In this document: positions 28,849 through 37,874 of the stretch, piece after piece
How the letters are laid out: the number at the start of each line of letters is the position of its first letter
How positions within the stretch are numbered: the stretch's first letter is position 1
IMG/VR virus record: IMGVR_UViG_3300036800_000376
Direction: 5' to 3' (one strand)
DNA length: 64,000 nt
Source of the DNA: an uncultured virus (IMG/VR IMGVR_UViG_3300036800_000376)
Taxonomy: Duplodnaviria > Heunggongvirae > Uroviricota > Caudoviricetes
Notes under the pieces: generated by a model
What the model was told of the DNA's origin: nothing
Databases searched by the model: none
The model's input: the letters and a program-made list of their open reading frames with translations, nothing else
Translations under genes and position numbers: made by a program

Positions 28849-29084
28849 CGCTGGTCGCTTTCCGAGGGGCCGAGGGTCATCACGCCACCCGAGCCGGCGT
28901 ATCCGCACCCGAGACAGCGATGGGTGCCGATCACCATGAAGTGACCGCGGGAATGGCTGGCGCCGCAGCCGGGGCACGACCACGATCGCGGCAGGTAGCC
29001 GGCCGCGAGGTCAGCACGCTCGGCGTCTAGCGTGTCGGCGGCGAGCTCGGCTGCAATGACCGGATCGGGATGGTAGGTCAGCAC
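28845..29084 (-). CDS. small Zn-ribbon protein
   Basis: CPGCG...HRCLGCG. Confidence 0.55.
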   Translation of the reverse strand: MLTYHPDPVIAAELAADTLDAERADLAAGYLPRSWSCPGCGASHSRGHFMVIGTHRCLGCGYAGSGGVMTLGPSESDQR

Positions 29085-29326
29085 GTCTCACCCTCCGTTC
29101 GCAGCGCCTCACGGAGTTGAGCGACTTCCGTCTCGTGCTCGCTGACGAGCATGAACTTGTCCCGGCAGAAGACGCAGCCGATGTACGGCTCGGACTTGTG
29201 GTGGCGGTGCATCTGCTGGTGGCTGAGCAGCTCGGCGCCGCCGTCGAACACGATCAGCTGCTTTACCGTGTCGCGGAGGAGCTCGAGCTCAGCGCGCTCG
29301 TTGCTCGTGAGAGGCTTGGTGGTCAT
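29078..29326 (-). CDS. hypothetical protein
   Basis: Coupled ORF. Confidence 0.5.
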   Translation of the reverse strand: MTTKPLTSNERAELELLRDTVKQLIVFDGGAELLSHQQMHRHHKSEPYIGCVFCRDKFMLVSEHETEVAQLREALRTEGETC

Positions 29327-29453
29327 CGTCCACTCTCTGCCGTGTGTTCGTTGAGTCGCATGGCCCACTCGCGTGCGCTGAGAGACAGGTCGAGCAGTGA
29401 AGTGGCGGCACTCACGGCACGATGCGGACGGCGTCGCGGTTCGAGAACGCCGC

Positions 29454-29708
29454 TCATCTTCCCCCCCGAGGCGCACGCGCCGACCGTAGGGTGAGATCCT
29501 CCAGGCGGCGCAGATCGGTGCTCGCGCACACGCATGTGTGCTCGCCGATCCCGGCAGCGTCGAGGCGCACAACCCACTCTAAGTCGGGTGTCAGCGCAGC
29601 GGAGAATGTGTCGGCGATCTCGCCCGAGAACCCGTACCACGGGTGCTCGCGTGTCGCGATGGCCACGTGATCGCCGAGCTCAAGCTGCGTCTTGGCGTCG
29701 GCGGTCAA
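29454..29708 (-). CDS. hypothetical protein
   Basis: GGAGG then TTG, overlapping the upstream stop. Confidence 0.45.
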   Translation of the reverse strand: MTADAKTQLELGDHVAIATREHPWYGFSGEIADTFSAALTPDLEWVVRLDAAGIGEHTCVCASTDLRRLEDLTLRSARAPRGGR

Positions 29709-30481
29709 TTCGACGCCTCCATCAGGGTAATCCCGAGCAGAGACTCCACCACCGCGGCCCCGAGTAGCGTCCCTACCGGCCGGGAGACCGCATTTCCGAT
29801 CATCTGCGTACGCAGCTCGTTGGAGAGCTCGACGAACTTCCCGCGCTTGTTTCGCCGCCGCGCTGTCAGGAGGTAGGGCTCCCCGTCCGGGAGTGTCTGC
29901 ATCACCTGTGCGCGGAGCAGCTCTGGCCATTGCAGCATCCGTAGGAAGCACTCGTCGACGTCCGCGTCAGAGATCACCAGCGCTTCGTGAGAGCGCGTCG
30001 TGAGGGTTCCGGCCGGCTCGCCGAGCGATCGTGGGATATCCGCCCGGTAGGAGGGCATCAGTAGCGCCTGCTTGTCGCGCGAGGTGATCGTGCCGATCGC
30101 GTCGTCGAGTTCGCGCACGAAACCGGGCATGCCGTTGTAGAGCAGCAGTCCGTGGTGGGTGCCCTCGGCGGCGACCCCCGGCTCATCGTGCAGCAGCATC
30201 GCGGCTGCACGAGCTCCCCAACCCTCACGCTCACTGACCCTCAGCTCTCGCAGCGACCAGTCGTAGGGGCCGAGCTCCCGGTCGGGCTCAACTAGGCCGT
30301 GCGCGCCGCTGAGGATGTACCAGGCGTCGAACCGCTCCTCGGCGTACTGGGCGGATAGCCGGAACAGGTTCGAGGTGTAGAGCTCGCGCGCGGCCGCGGG
30401 ATGCTCGAGCTTCTTCGCGCCGCATCCCACGAGCACGATCCGGCGTGCGGCCGCGGGCCCGTGATCCCGATGCTCGCTCAT
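29705..30481 (-). CDS. chimeric ORF: DUF6884-like N-terminus fused to the C-terminal part of a C5 DNA methyltransferase
   Basis: IVLVGCGAKK...LYTSNLF...WYILSG.HGL; then TLTT..H.AL..DEC..RML...QMIGNAV. Confidence 0.65.
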   Translation of the reverse strand: MSEHRDHGPAAARRIVLVGCGAKKLEHPAAARELYTSNLFRLSAQYAEERFDAWYILSGAHGLVEPDRELGPYDWSLRELRVSEREGWGARAAAMLLHDEPGVAAEGTHHGLLLYNGMPGFVRELDDAIGTITSRDKQALLMPSYRADIPRSLGEPAGTLTTRSHEALVISDADVDECFLRMLQWPELLRAQVMQTLPDGEPYLLTARRRNKRGKFVELSNELRTQMIGNAVSRPVGTLLGAAVVESLLGITLMEASN

Positions 30482-30873
30482 TGGGTCACCTGCCTCTGCG
30501 ATGCGAGCCAGTTCTCGATGTCCTCTCCGGGGAGCTCCCAGACAGGCTCGGCAGAGTTCGCGTACCTGCGCGGATCCCACGGCCAGCGAGCCACGACATC
30601 AAACTTGAACTGCTGGTAGGACACCGGCAGCTCGTCAGCGAAATCCGGGCCGCTGACCCGCTCGATGTAGTCCATCAGGAGGCTTCGCGCTAGGTCAGCG
30701 GGCCCCGAGCCGCCATAGCCCCACGCGAACCCGCTGGGGGAATGTCGCACCCGATGCTCAAGCGCCACGGGCTCCCCACCGTTTACCTGCACCGTGACTC
30801 GCGTGCCGTTATAGCCGCCGTAGCCGCGGTAGACAACGTTGCGAACCTCCGAGCGTGCCGACTCGCCGCTCAA
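30478..30873 (-). CDS. DUF6166-like protein
   Basis: RHSPSGFAWGYGGSGPADLARSLL...YQQFKFDVVA. Confidence 0.75.
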   Translation of the reverse strand: MSGESARSEVRNVVYRGYGGYNGTRVTVQVNGGEPVALEHRVRHSPSGFAWGYGGSGPADLARSLLMDYIERVSGPDFADELPVSYQQFKFDVVARWPWDPRRYANSAEPVWELPGEDIENWLASQRQVTQ

Positions 30874-31226
30874 GACCTTCTCCTCGGGGGCGGGCCCCCC
30901 ATCGCTTGCGCGAGCTCCGCTCGCTGGCGCTGGGAGAGCCCCCCGACCGTCTTGCTCGGCGAGATCCGGCACTGCGTGAGGATCTTGTTGACCCTCACCC
31001 GCCCGTACTTCGGAACGAAGAGCAGGAGATCGAACACCTTCGCAGTCTCCAAGTACTCGGGCGGCTCGAAGAGCACCTCGTAAATCGCCCGGCGACCCGC
31101 CTTCAGATCCCACTTGAGCTTCGACCGTCGCCTGCGCACATCGTTGGCGCGCTGCAGCGCGTCCATTCGCTGCTGCAAGGACCGCTCCGGCGCGGTCGGC
31201 ACGGTTTGCGTTGTCAAGCCCATCAT
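30870..31226 (-). CDS. mihF: actinobacterial integration host factor (mIHF-like)
   Basis: QRMDALQRAN.VR..RS.LK.DLK.G...KV.DLL..VPKYGRVRV.KIL..CRISPSKTVGGLS.RQR.EL. Confidence 0.85.
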   Translation of the reverse strand: MMGLTTQTVPTAPERSLQQRMDALQRANDVRRRRSKLKWDLKAGRRAIYEVLFEPPEYLETAKVFDLLLFVPKYGRVRVNKILTQCRISPSKTVGGLSQRQRAELAQAMGGPPPRRRS

Positions 31227-31301
31227 CGACTCCTTCTCTGCTGGTTGGTGGGGGCACGGGTACTGCTGAGATTTCGAGGACGGGCCCTGGCTGCCTGATC
31301 G

Positions 31302-33146
31302 TCATCGGAACAGCAGGGGGGTTGCGGCGACATATCCGGGCTGCGGGTAGTCGAGTAGCCCGAGCGTGCGCAGCCCACCGAGGTTGTTGTCGTAGCCGCT
31401 TGATCTCGGGGCGACCCCGGCGGCGTCGGCGAGCTCCTCTCGGCTCATCGAGTCGGGGTAGGCCGCGAGCAGCGGCGCCATGATCCGCCAGCGCACGGGC
31501 GGGAGCAGGGTCTGTACGTGCTCGTGCAGCTCCTCGGTGCTGAGGTCGCTCGCGATGGTGCTGACGGCGATCGCTCGGCCTTCCTCGGTCAACGCGACGA
31601 ACTTCGGGGCCGGGTAGGTGAGCAGTCCGAGCGTGCGCAGCCCGCCGAGGTTGTTGTCGTACCCGCTTGATTTCGGGCTCACGCCAACCCATAGCGCGAG
31701 CTGCGTCTTGTGGGCCTGGTCCACACCGATGCTCTCGAGCGCCGCGAGGGAATCGAGGATCCGCTGCCGGGCAGGCGCGATCGCCGTGCCCTCTCGAGCC
31801 CCGCCCGCGGCCGTCGGGCCCGCGGCCGCGGCCGGGCGGGGAGCGCGAGCGGCGGCGGGGGCGGGCCGGACTGGCGCTGAGGGCTGCTTGTGGGCGCGGA
31901 GCGCGACGGCGATCGCGGAGCTCGCCGCGGTGATCTCTTGCACTGGCCGGGTGAACGCCTCCGCCGCGCGCTCTACACGATCGGCGAGCGCGTCCCCTGC
32001 CGCGATGATCTCCTCACCGGGCCCGCCCAGAGCTTCGACCGCGTGCTCGAGCCGCTCGACGAGCGCGGGGTCGAGCACCGGTACCTGCACGGGTTCGGGG
32101 ATGGGCTGCTCGGCGCGCTCGCGTTCACGTGCCAGCTCCGCTTCGCGTGCGCGGAGATCCCGCTCGAGCGCCGAGATCCGCTGGCGGAGCACATGCGGGT
32201 CGTCTTTCTCGGCCTCTTCAACGAGCTCCGCCATCTGCGCGCGGAGCGCGTCGAGGTCCACCTCGGCTCGGTCCGCGGAGCGGGGGCGTCCCTTCGCTCG
32301 CCGGCGCTGCCCAACCGGCGGGGTCGCTGAGCTGTCATAGGTCCGCTTCGGGCGGAACTGGACAACCTCGAACACACCGCCGAGGAACTCGGGGGAGAGC
32401 ACAACCGCTTCGCCCGCGTGGAGACGTGGAAGCGCGGTGAGCATCTGTTGCTCGCGTTCGGGAGCGTCCGCGGCCTCCATCCACTCGCGGACAGCGGCTC
32501 TCATCCGCGGCCCGGTCAACCGGTGCGCCACGAGCGTCTCCACCAGGTCGAACACCGTCTTTGAGATCGCCTGCGGGCGCTGAGAGATCAGCGTCGAGCC
32601 GAGGCCTCGTCCGCGCCCCAGCGCGACGACGTCCTCACCGGCACCCAAGAGTCTCGGTAGATGACCTCCCTTTTCCTTTGGGGACTGCGGGAACAGGGTG
32701 TGCGCTTCGTCGAAGAAGAGGTGCAGCGGGTGACGGTTGACGTGGTAGAGCACTTCCAGGAAGTCGGCCATGAACCGCTGCCGGTCGGCTTTGCGCAGCT
32801 CCGAGGCGTCGAGGATGACGTTTACCGCCTCACCAGCCACGAACCGCGCGACCATCTCACCGGCGGTGGGTAGCAGCGGGATGTCAGCGCGATCCCCACC
32901 GAAGATGACCGCGCTCACCCCCGGGCCGGTGTCAGGGATCGTGATCCCCCACCAGTCCCCGCGCGGGTCATAAGCGCAGAACTGCTCCCCGGCGTCGCTG
33001 ATCTCCTCAGCGGTAACGATCGCCGAGCTCGTTTTCCCTGACTCCTTGCCGCCGAGATATCCGAACGTGCCCGTGACCGCCTCGAGCGGAAGCGTCAGCG
33101 TCTCCGAGACGCGCAGCACAGCGGACGTCCTTGTTCTCGGGCTCAT
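31302..33146 (-). CDS. HerA/FtsK-superfamily (DUF87/DUF853-like) ATPase with coiled coil and tandem wHTH tail
   Basis: GGKESGKT, FFDEAH, GRGRGLG..LISQRPQ; two copies of SSGYDNNLGGLRTLGL..YP. Confidence 0.8.
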   Translation of the reverse strand: MSPRTRTSAVLRVSETLTLPLEAVTGTFGYLGGKESGKTSSAIVTAEEISDAGEQFCAYDPRGDWWGITIPDTGPGVSAVIFGGDRADIPLLPTAGEMVARFVAGEAVNVILDASELRKADRQRFMADFLEVLYHVNRHPLHLFFDEAHTLFPQSPKEKGGHLPRLLGAGEDVVALGRGRGLGSTLISQRPQAISKTVFDLVETLVAHRLTGPRMRAAVREWMEAADAPEREQQMLTALPRLHAGEAVVLSPEFLGGVFEVVQFRPKRTYDSSATPPVGQRRRAKGRPRSADRAEVDLDALRAQMAELVEEAEKDDPHVLRQRISALERDLRAREAELARERERAEQPIPEPVQVPVLDPALVERLEHAVEALGGPGEEIIAAGDALADRVERAAEAFTRPVQEITAASSAIAVALRAHKQPSAPVRPAPAAARAPRPAAAAGPTAAGGAREGTAIAPARQRILDSLAALESIGVDQAHKTQLALWVGVSPKSSGYDNNLGGLRTLGLLTYPAPKFVALTEEGRAIAVSTIASDLSTEELHEHVQTLLPPVRWRIMAPLLAAYPDSMSREELADAAGVAPRSSGYDNNLGGLRTLGLLDYPQPGYVAATPLLFR

Positions 33147-33316
33147 GCCGCACCCATCCCGTGCGCGATGTCCCGCTCGCAGATCGCGTCCGGGGTGGGA
33201 TCGGCGAGGTCGATCGTGAGTCCGGTGAACGTGTCGACCGTCGTGGGCCCGTTGGGATGCAGACCCCCACCGTCGGCGGGCATGAGCGCGAGCGCTGTGG
33301 TCTCGTCGAGCCTCAC
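33143..33316 (-). pseudogene. truncated N-terminus of a phage-type HD phosphohydrolase (57 aa, not in ORF track)
   Basis: VDTFTGLTIDLADPTPDAICERDIAHGMG then a stop; coupled on both sides. Confidence 0.55.
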
Positions 33317-33690
33317 GCGATCACGGGCGTTTCTTCGGGGAGCAGGAACGTCCTTACCCGGTCGAGGTCAAGCGTGACGCCGTGGTACTCCTCGGCGATC
33401 ACGCACAGCGCGTCCTCGGTCAGTCCGCGCCCGTGTAGGCGTCTGAGGGTGCGGCGCAGGTACTCGCCGGAGCGATCGTTCCCGATCCGCTTATCGACCC
33501 CAGTGATCCGGTTTCGGCGCTGGCGGTAGTCGTCGTCGACCCATGCCTTGACCGTTGCCCACGCCACGGCGGTGCCGTTCTTAGCGAGCATCTGCTGGAT
33601 CTGATGGACGGTCCAGCCGGCGGCCGCGAGCTGGCGAGCGAACGCGACGGTCTTTGAGTCATGGTGAGAGCAGCGTCGAGGGGTGCTCAC
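33313..33690 (-). CDS. HTH-like hypothetical protein
   Basis: ARQLAAAGWTVHQIQQML...VAWATVKAWV. Confidence 0.55.
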   Translation of the reverse strand: MSTPRRCSHHDSKTVAFARQLAAAGWTVHQIQQMLAKNGTAVAWATVKAWVDDDYRQRRNRITGVDKRIGNDRSGEYLRRTLRRLHGRGLTEDALCVIAEEYHGVTLDLDRVRTFLLPEETPVIA

Positions 33691-33905
33691 CGTGGGACCT
33701 CCGCGCCAGTTTCGTCATTCTGGGCCCATTGACCGCGGCGGCCGCACTCGGGACAGCGCACGTACTCCTCGTAGGCGGGGTCGATCTCCCCGGAGCGCTC
33801 CTCGGGGAAGAGCAGCACGTCCCACTCCTCGTTGCACGCCGAGCACCACACGGTGACGACAACGACCGTCGCCATCTCCTGCGTCTCGTGGGGCGTGGCG
33901 CTCAC
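33687..33905 (-). CDS. small Zn-ribbon protein
   Basis: CSAC...CPECG. Confidence 0.5.
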   Translation of the reverse strand: MSATPHETQEMATVVVVTVWCSACNEEWDVLLFPEERSGEIDPAYEEYVRCPECGRRGQWAQNDETGAEVPR

Positions 33906-34501
33906 GGCTCACCTCCGTCGGTCTCTTCGCGGAACGGGGCGTGCGCCATGATCAGCGCGCGGGAGCGGTGCAGCTGCCCGTCCGCTAGCGCCCAACGCTC
34001 GACGGGGAGGGACTCGTCGTAGACATCGCGCTCGTGCTCGAGCACGAGGGTGTCGAGCGCGAGCGCTACAGACCGCCAGTCGTCATCGTCCACGGCCGGC
34101 TCGGGGATCCGCACGATGTCCTCCCACGCCTCCCCGTCGTCGACCACGGCGTCGACGGGCGCTGCGACCTGGCCAGTGATCTCCTTCAGGAGCCATCCCA
34201 GGGTGTGCGCCGACGCGGCGGCGAGGGTGAGCGCGAGGTTGACCTGATCGATCAGGGCGCGACGGTTGAGCTGCTCGAGTCGGCGTTGCCCGAACCCGGG
34301 TAGGTCGAGCACGAGCGTGAAGAGCGGGGTGCTGCGCAGCGGCTCGGGGCGTTCCTCCAGGATCCGCGCGAGCGTGATCGACCCGTTGCGCATCTGGCGC
34401 CGTAGCTTGGCCTTGTCGCTCCGGAGGCTGTTCGCGTTCCCGAGCGCAGCCATGTTTTGCGCGCGCTTGCGGCTCGTCTCGGTGGGTGTGGAGGTGCTCA
34501 C
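33902..34501 (-). CDS. divergent mIHF-like protein with acidic extension
   Basis: MAALGNANSLRS.KAKLRRQMRNG.ITL..IL...LF.LVLDLPGFG..R. Confidence 0.6.
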   Translation of the reverse strand: MSTSTPTETSRKRAQNMAALGNANSLRSDKAKLRRQMRNGSITLARILEERPEPLRSTPLFTLVLDLPGFGQRRLEQLNRRALIDQVNLALTLAAASAHTLGWLLKEITGQVAAPVDAVVDDGEAWEDIVRIPEPAVDDDDWRSVALALDTLVLEHERDVYDESLPVERWALADGQLHRSRALIMAHAPFREETDGGEP

Positions 34502-34743
34502 GACGTCCCCCTTCCGAGCGTGGTGAGGGTGCCCTGGGACCGGTGGGCCTCGACGAGACGACGGGCCTCATCAGCGGTGCGTGCGTTGCGGCGCATCCCG
34601 GCGGCGACGTGCGCCGCGGCGCGATCATCGAGCCCTTCGATCCATTCGGCCACGCGCGTGCTCGTGAGCGCGAGCCGTGAGAGATAGGTCTCCATCTTCT
34701 GGAGCTGCTCGGGGGTGTACGCCGCCGGCGTGACCGTCGTCAT
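34498..34743 (-). CDS. hypothetical protein
   Basis: Coupled ORF. Confidence 0.5.
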   Translation of the reverse strand: MTTVTPAAYTPEQLQKMETYLSRLALTSTRVAEWIEGLDDRAAAHVAAGMRRNARTADEARRLVEAHRSQGTLTTLGRGTS

Positions 34744-35138
34744 GACCGGATCCCTGTCGCCGTGGCGGCGGCAGCGGCGCGCTCGCGAACCCAGAGCAGC
34801 GAGTCAAGCTCCCCACACCAATCTTCCCAACCGGCAAGCAGTCGCTCTACCGGCTCATAGGGAACCTCAGCGTCCGGATCGGCGGGGATGACACCGAGCA
34901 CTTCGACACTGCCGACGGGATCGCCGGCGGTGGCGGTGAGCGCGTCGGGGCTGTCGAGGCGGGGCCCACCGTCGAGGCGGACTGCGTAGATCTCGCCGGT
35001 GGCGCTTACCCATGAGACCCGCCAGACGGGCCAGTCGGTCCACTCCATCCACCACGTCCCGAAGTCCGCCTCACAGGAGCGCTCCCGGGCTGGATTCGCG
35101 GCATAGAAAGCGGTGATGTTGGCGTACACGCGACTCAC
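34740..35138 (-). CDS. hypothetical Trp-rich protein
   Basis: GAGG RBS; ATGA coupling. Confidence 0.55.
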   Translation of the reverse strand: MSRVYANITAFYAANPARERSCEADFGTWWMEWTDWPVWRVSWVSATGEIYAVRLDGGPRLDSPDALTATAGDPVGSVEVLGVIPADPDAEVPYEPVERLLAGWEDWCGELDSLLWVRERAAAAATATGIRS

Positions 35139-35149
35139 GGGATCCCTCT

Positions 35150-36073
35150 CTAGAGCTCGATCTGCGGTTCGGGGGTGGTCTCGGCCGGCTGGGCGGTGGC
35201 CTGCTCGACCTGCCGCTCGCCTTGCGCCACACGCTCGGTGAGCCACGTGAAGAACAGCCGCCCGGGCTCACGCGCGAGCTTCTGTGCGGCGAGCAGCGGA
35301 TCCTCATCACGCTCGACGGGTTGGCCGAGCTCGCCGAGCTGCGCGACGATCTCCGCAGGGTCGACTCCGATCGCGTACGCGCTGTCGAATGCCTCGATCA
35401 GCTGGCGCTGCATGGAAGGGCTCAGCGCATACGTATCGTCAGTCCCGCCGGCCTGCGCCATCTCCTCGCTGGTGTAGATGCCAGAGAGCTCCTGCGGGAA
35501 CGCCCTCCGCAGCGCAAGAGCCTCCGCGCACTTCGCGATCATCACATCGGGCATCTTTTTCCACATGAAGTGGAGGCTGCCGCTGGACTCATAGATGGCG
35601 TAGCTCGTGAAGCGCGCGACAGCGACGGTGGCTTCTCGCACGCCGGTCTTCCACACGCCGACCTTCGCGGCGGCCGGCGGGGCAGCGTCGAGCCAAACGT
35701 CGTACCACTCACGATCGGGGCCACACCACAGCGGCGCTGTTCCACCCTCGTATTTGCCGGTGCGCTCCGCGATCAGTCGTAGCCCGTCGATCGCGGTCTG
35801 AACCTTCATGACCTCGCCCCGGTCCCGACCCCGGCCCTCGAACCGGAACACGGCGAAAATCTGGCGGGCGAACGGATTGAGACCGGTGCGCTCGCACTGG
35901 TAGATGAACAGCGCAAGCTCGTCGTCAGTCGCTTCGCGCTCCCTGGGCTTGCAATAGGTGCGCTTGATCAGCTGGACTTGATCGCGCGTGAAGACGCGAG
36001 AGACGATCTCTCCGCTCGAGGTCGGCGCAACGATCGAGTGAACGGGCTCATTCCGGGGCTCGAGCTCGTTCAT
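35150..36073 (-). CDS. bet: phage recombination protein Bet (Red-beta/RecT-like annealase)
   Basis: ATDDELALF..C.RTGLNPF.RQI, TAIDGLR.IAERTG.Y.G, W.KMP.VMIAKCAEALALRRAFP.ELSGIYT.EEM. Confidence 0.93.
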   Translation of the reverse strand: MNELEPRNEPVHSIVAPTSSGEIVSRVFTRDQVQLIKRTYCKPREREATDDELALFIYQCERTGLNPFARQIFAVFRFEGRGRDRGEVMKVQTAIDGLRLIAERTGKYEGGTAPLWCGPDREWYDVWLDAAPPAAAKVGVWKTGVREATVAVARFTSYAIYESSGSLHFMWKKMPDVMIAKCAEALALRRAFPQELSGIYTSEEMAQAGGTDDTYALSPSMQRQLIEAFDSAYAIGVDPAEIVAQLGELGQPVERDEDPLLAAQKLAREPGRLFFTWLTERVAQGERQVEQATAQPAETTPEPQIEL

Positions 36074-36474
36074 CGCCGGGTCCTCGGGCCGGTGCTGCGG
36101 GGTGAGTGGAGGCTGTGGGTGGTGCCGTCGAGCGTCCATTCCAGCGCCCGGCGTTCCAGGCCGCCGGCCTTCCAGCGGTGCTCGAGCGGCTTGAGGCCAA
36201 GCGCGTGGAGCTCGGCGGTGAGCAGCTCGTAGCGCTCGGCGGTTTCCGCGAACGCGGCGATTTGGGCGTTCTCGACGCCGGCGGGGAGGTTCACACCGAA
36301 CAGCCGGGTGGCGAGCGCGCGGCGGGTTCGCGTGGCGAGCTCGGGGTTCCCTCCGGAGCTGCTCGCGGCGATCAGGGCGTCGCGTTCAGCGGTGAGACGA
36401 TCGATTTCCGCGTCGATCCCGGCGAGCGCGGCACCAACGCTGTCGCCGTCTGTGGTTATGAGTGCAACGTGCAT
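36070..36474 (-). CDS. hypothetical protein, first gene of the long minus-strand operon
   Basis: ATGA coupling to bet; AT-rich upstream region. Confidence 0.55.
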   Translation of the reverse strand: MHVALITTDGDSVGAALAGIDAEIDRLTAERDALIAASSSGGNPELATRTRRALATRLFGVNLPAGVENAQIAAFAETAERYELLTAELHALGLKPLEHRWKAGGLERRALEWTLDGTTHSLHSPRSTGPRTRR

Positions 36475-36499
36475 GCCTGTTCCCTTACCCTCGTGTTTG

Positions 36500-36605
36500 A
36501 CACCGGTATACGTTAGCAAGTTCGCGCTCCAATACAAGCATAAATATTTACGTGTTCTGATGCGCGTATATGCGCACCGGTATATGCGCCGGACTGCGCG
36601 CAGGT
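36500..36605. promoter_or_regulatory. AT-rich control region with short palindromes
   Basis: TAAATATTTA, GCGTATATGC and two CACCGGTATA copies. Confidence 0.45.
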
Positions 36606-36623
36606 CGTGGGGAGATGCATCCC

Positions 36624-37874
36624 TTAGCTCCTCGTGATCACGGGCCGAGAGGGGCGCGCCAGACGCACGCGCTCCTCGCCCGGAGCGGAGCGGAACAACG
36701 ACGATGAAGCCGAAGGCGAAGCCGGGCGTGAGGAAGCGAAGAGGGGCGCGGGCCGGCGAGCAAGTTTGGGAACAGGCTTGCCACTCGGAGCTATGAACTC
36801 GCCCGGCCCCTCTTCACTGGCGAGTCTAGATGCCGTCAACATCATGCGGGTGTCGGCGTTCAGCTCCCGCCCAAGCAGCCACCATCGCCAGCGGCGAAGA
36901 TCCTCAGCGAGCCGCTCATCGCGCGGTAGGAGGTTGCACATCGGCTCGCCGTGCTGAGCGCGCGAGCGCGATCCCAGCGATCCGACCTTGTACGCGCCAA
37001 GTGCCCAAACGCGGCCGTCCCCCTCCCCCTTGACCACGCTCTCGAGCCCCCACCGCTCGGCGAGGAACTCGCGCAGCAGTCCCGCTTCGCGCGTGGGCAC
37101 GATGAACCCGTCGGTGTTGATGTAGCGCACGTCGAACAGCTCGACGACCTCGTGCGCGATCGCGTGCAGCGTGTGCATGAGATAGCCCCACAGTTCGGGC
37201 GCGAGGAAGCGGTTGTAGGTTGACACCTTCGACACGCGCCCGTCGGACCACTGCGTCCGCTCCCGAGCGCGCACCACACCGATGATCGTGTTGCGCGTCT
37301 CCTTGAGCGTCGCGAGCTCTGCGGTCCGTAAGAACCGGATGAGTCCTTGGCCGAACACGCGCCGCTGCGGGTTGAAACGCAGGTCCAGGCTCGCGGGGGC
37401 GTAGAGCTGGAAGTAGGCGGCCTTGATATCGACGTAGGTGAGCTCGCCGGCGGACTCGCGCTCGAAGCGCAGAGGCGGGTTGAGATCGAGCATCGGCCAC
37501 GTCTCCCGCGACCAGGGCACGCGCTTGTAACCCATCCACTTAGAGCGCGCCGTCTTGCGGTGCGCGCACTGCTGCTCCCACAGCATCCGGATGTACGGCC
37601 GGGCGGTCTCGGTCGGGGTGACCGGCCACACGCTGTGGTCGATCATCTTCGTGCGCCCGATCGTGTCCGAGATCGTCCGGGTCCCGAACACCAGGCGCTG
37701 ATAGTCCCGATAGACGTGCTCGCGCATGAACGCCTTGTAGTCGAACTCCTCACGCGCGAGCGCGTACGGGGACTCGAGCACCATCCGGTGGAGCTCCGCA
37801 CGCAGCCGATCCGGCGACTCGACGGGCATCCCGCCAGGGCGCGCCTCGACGAGCGTCCCGCCAGGGCCGCTCAT
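36624..37874 (-). CDS. compact family-B-like DNA polymerase palm domain, no exonuclease domain
   Basis: Motif A YVDIKAAY, motif B KETRNTIIG, motif C YINTDGF, in order. Confidence 0.65.
   Translation of the reverse strand: MSGPGGTLVEARPGGMPVESPDRLRAELHRMVLESPYALAREEFDYKAFMREHVYRDYQRLVFGTRTISDTIGRTKMIDHSVWPVTPTETARPYIRMLWEQQCAHRKTARSKWMGYKRVPWSRETWPMLDLNPPLRFERESAGELTYVDIKAAYFQLYAPASLDLRFNPQRRVFGQGLIRFLRTAELATLKETRNTIIGVVRARERTQWSDGRVSKVSTYNRFLAPELWGYLMHTLHAIAHEVVELFDVRYINTDGFIVPTREAGLLREFLAERWGLESVVKGEGDGRVWALGAYKVGSLGSRSRAQHGEPMCNLLPRDERLAEDLRRWRWWLLGRELNADTRMMLTASRLASEEGPGEFIAPSGKPVPKLARRPAPLFASSRPASPSASSSLFRSAPGEERVRLARPSRPVITRS

Noticed and set aside
29705..30170. Functional DNA cytosine methyltransferase
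   Set aside because: SAM-binding motif I and the catalytic PC motif are missing
30874..31692. 404-aa ORF 30478-31692 as one gene
   Set aside because: The upstream part overlaps mIHF and the ATPase in other frames; only the last ~131 aa look real
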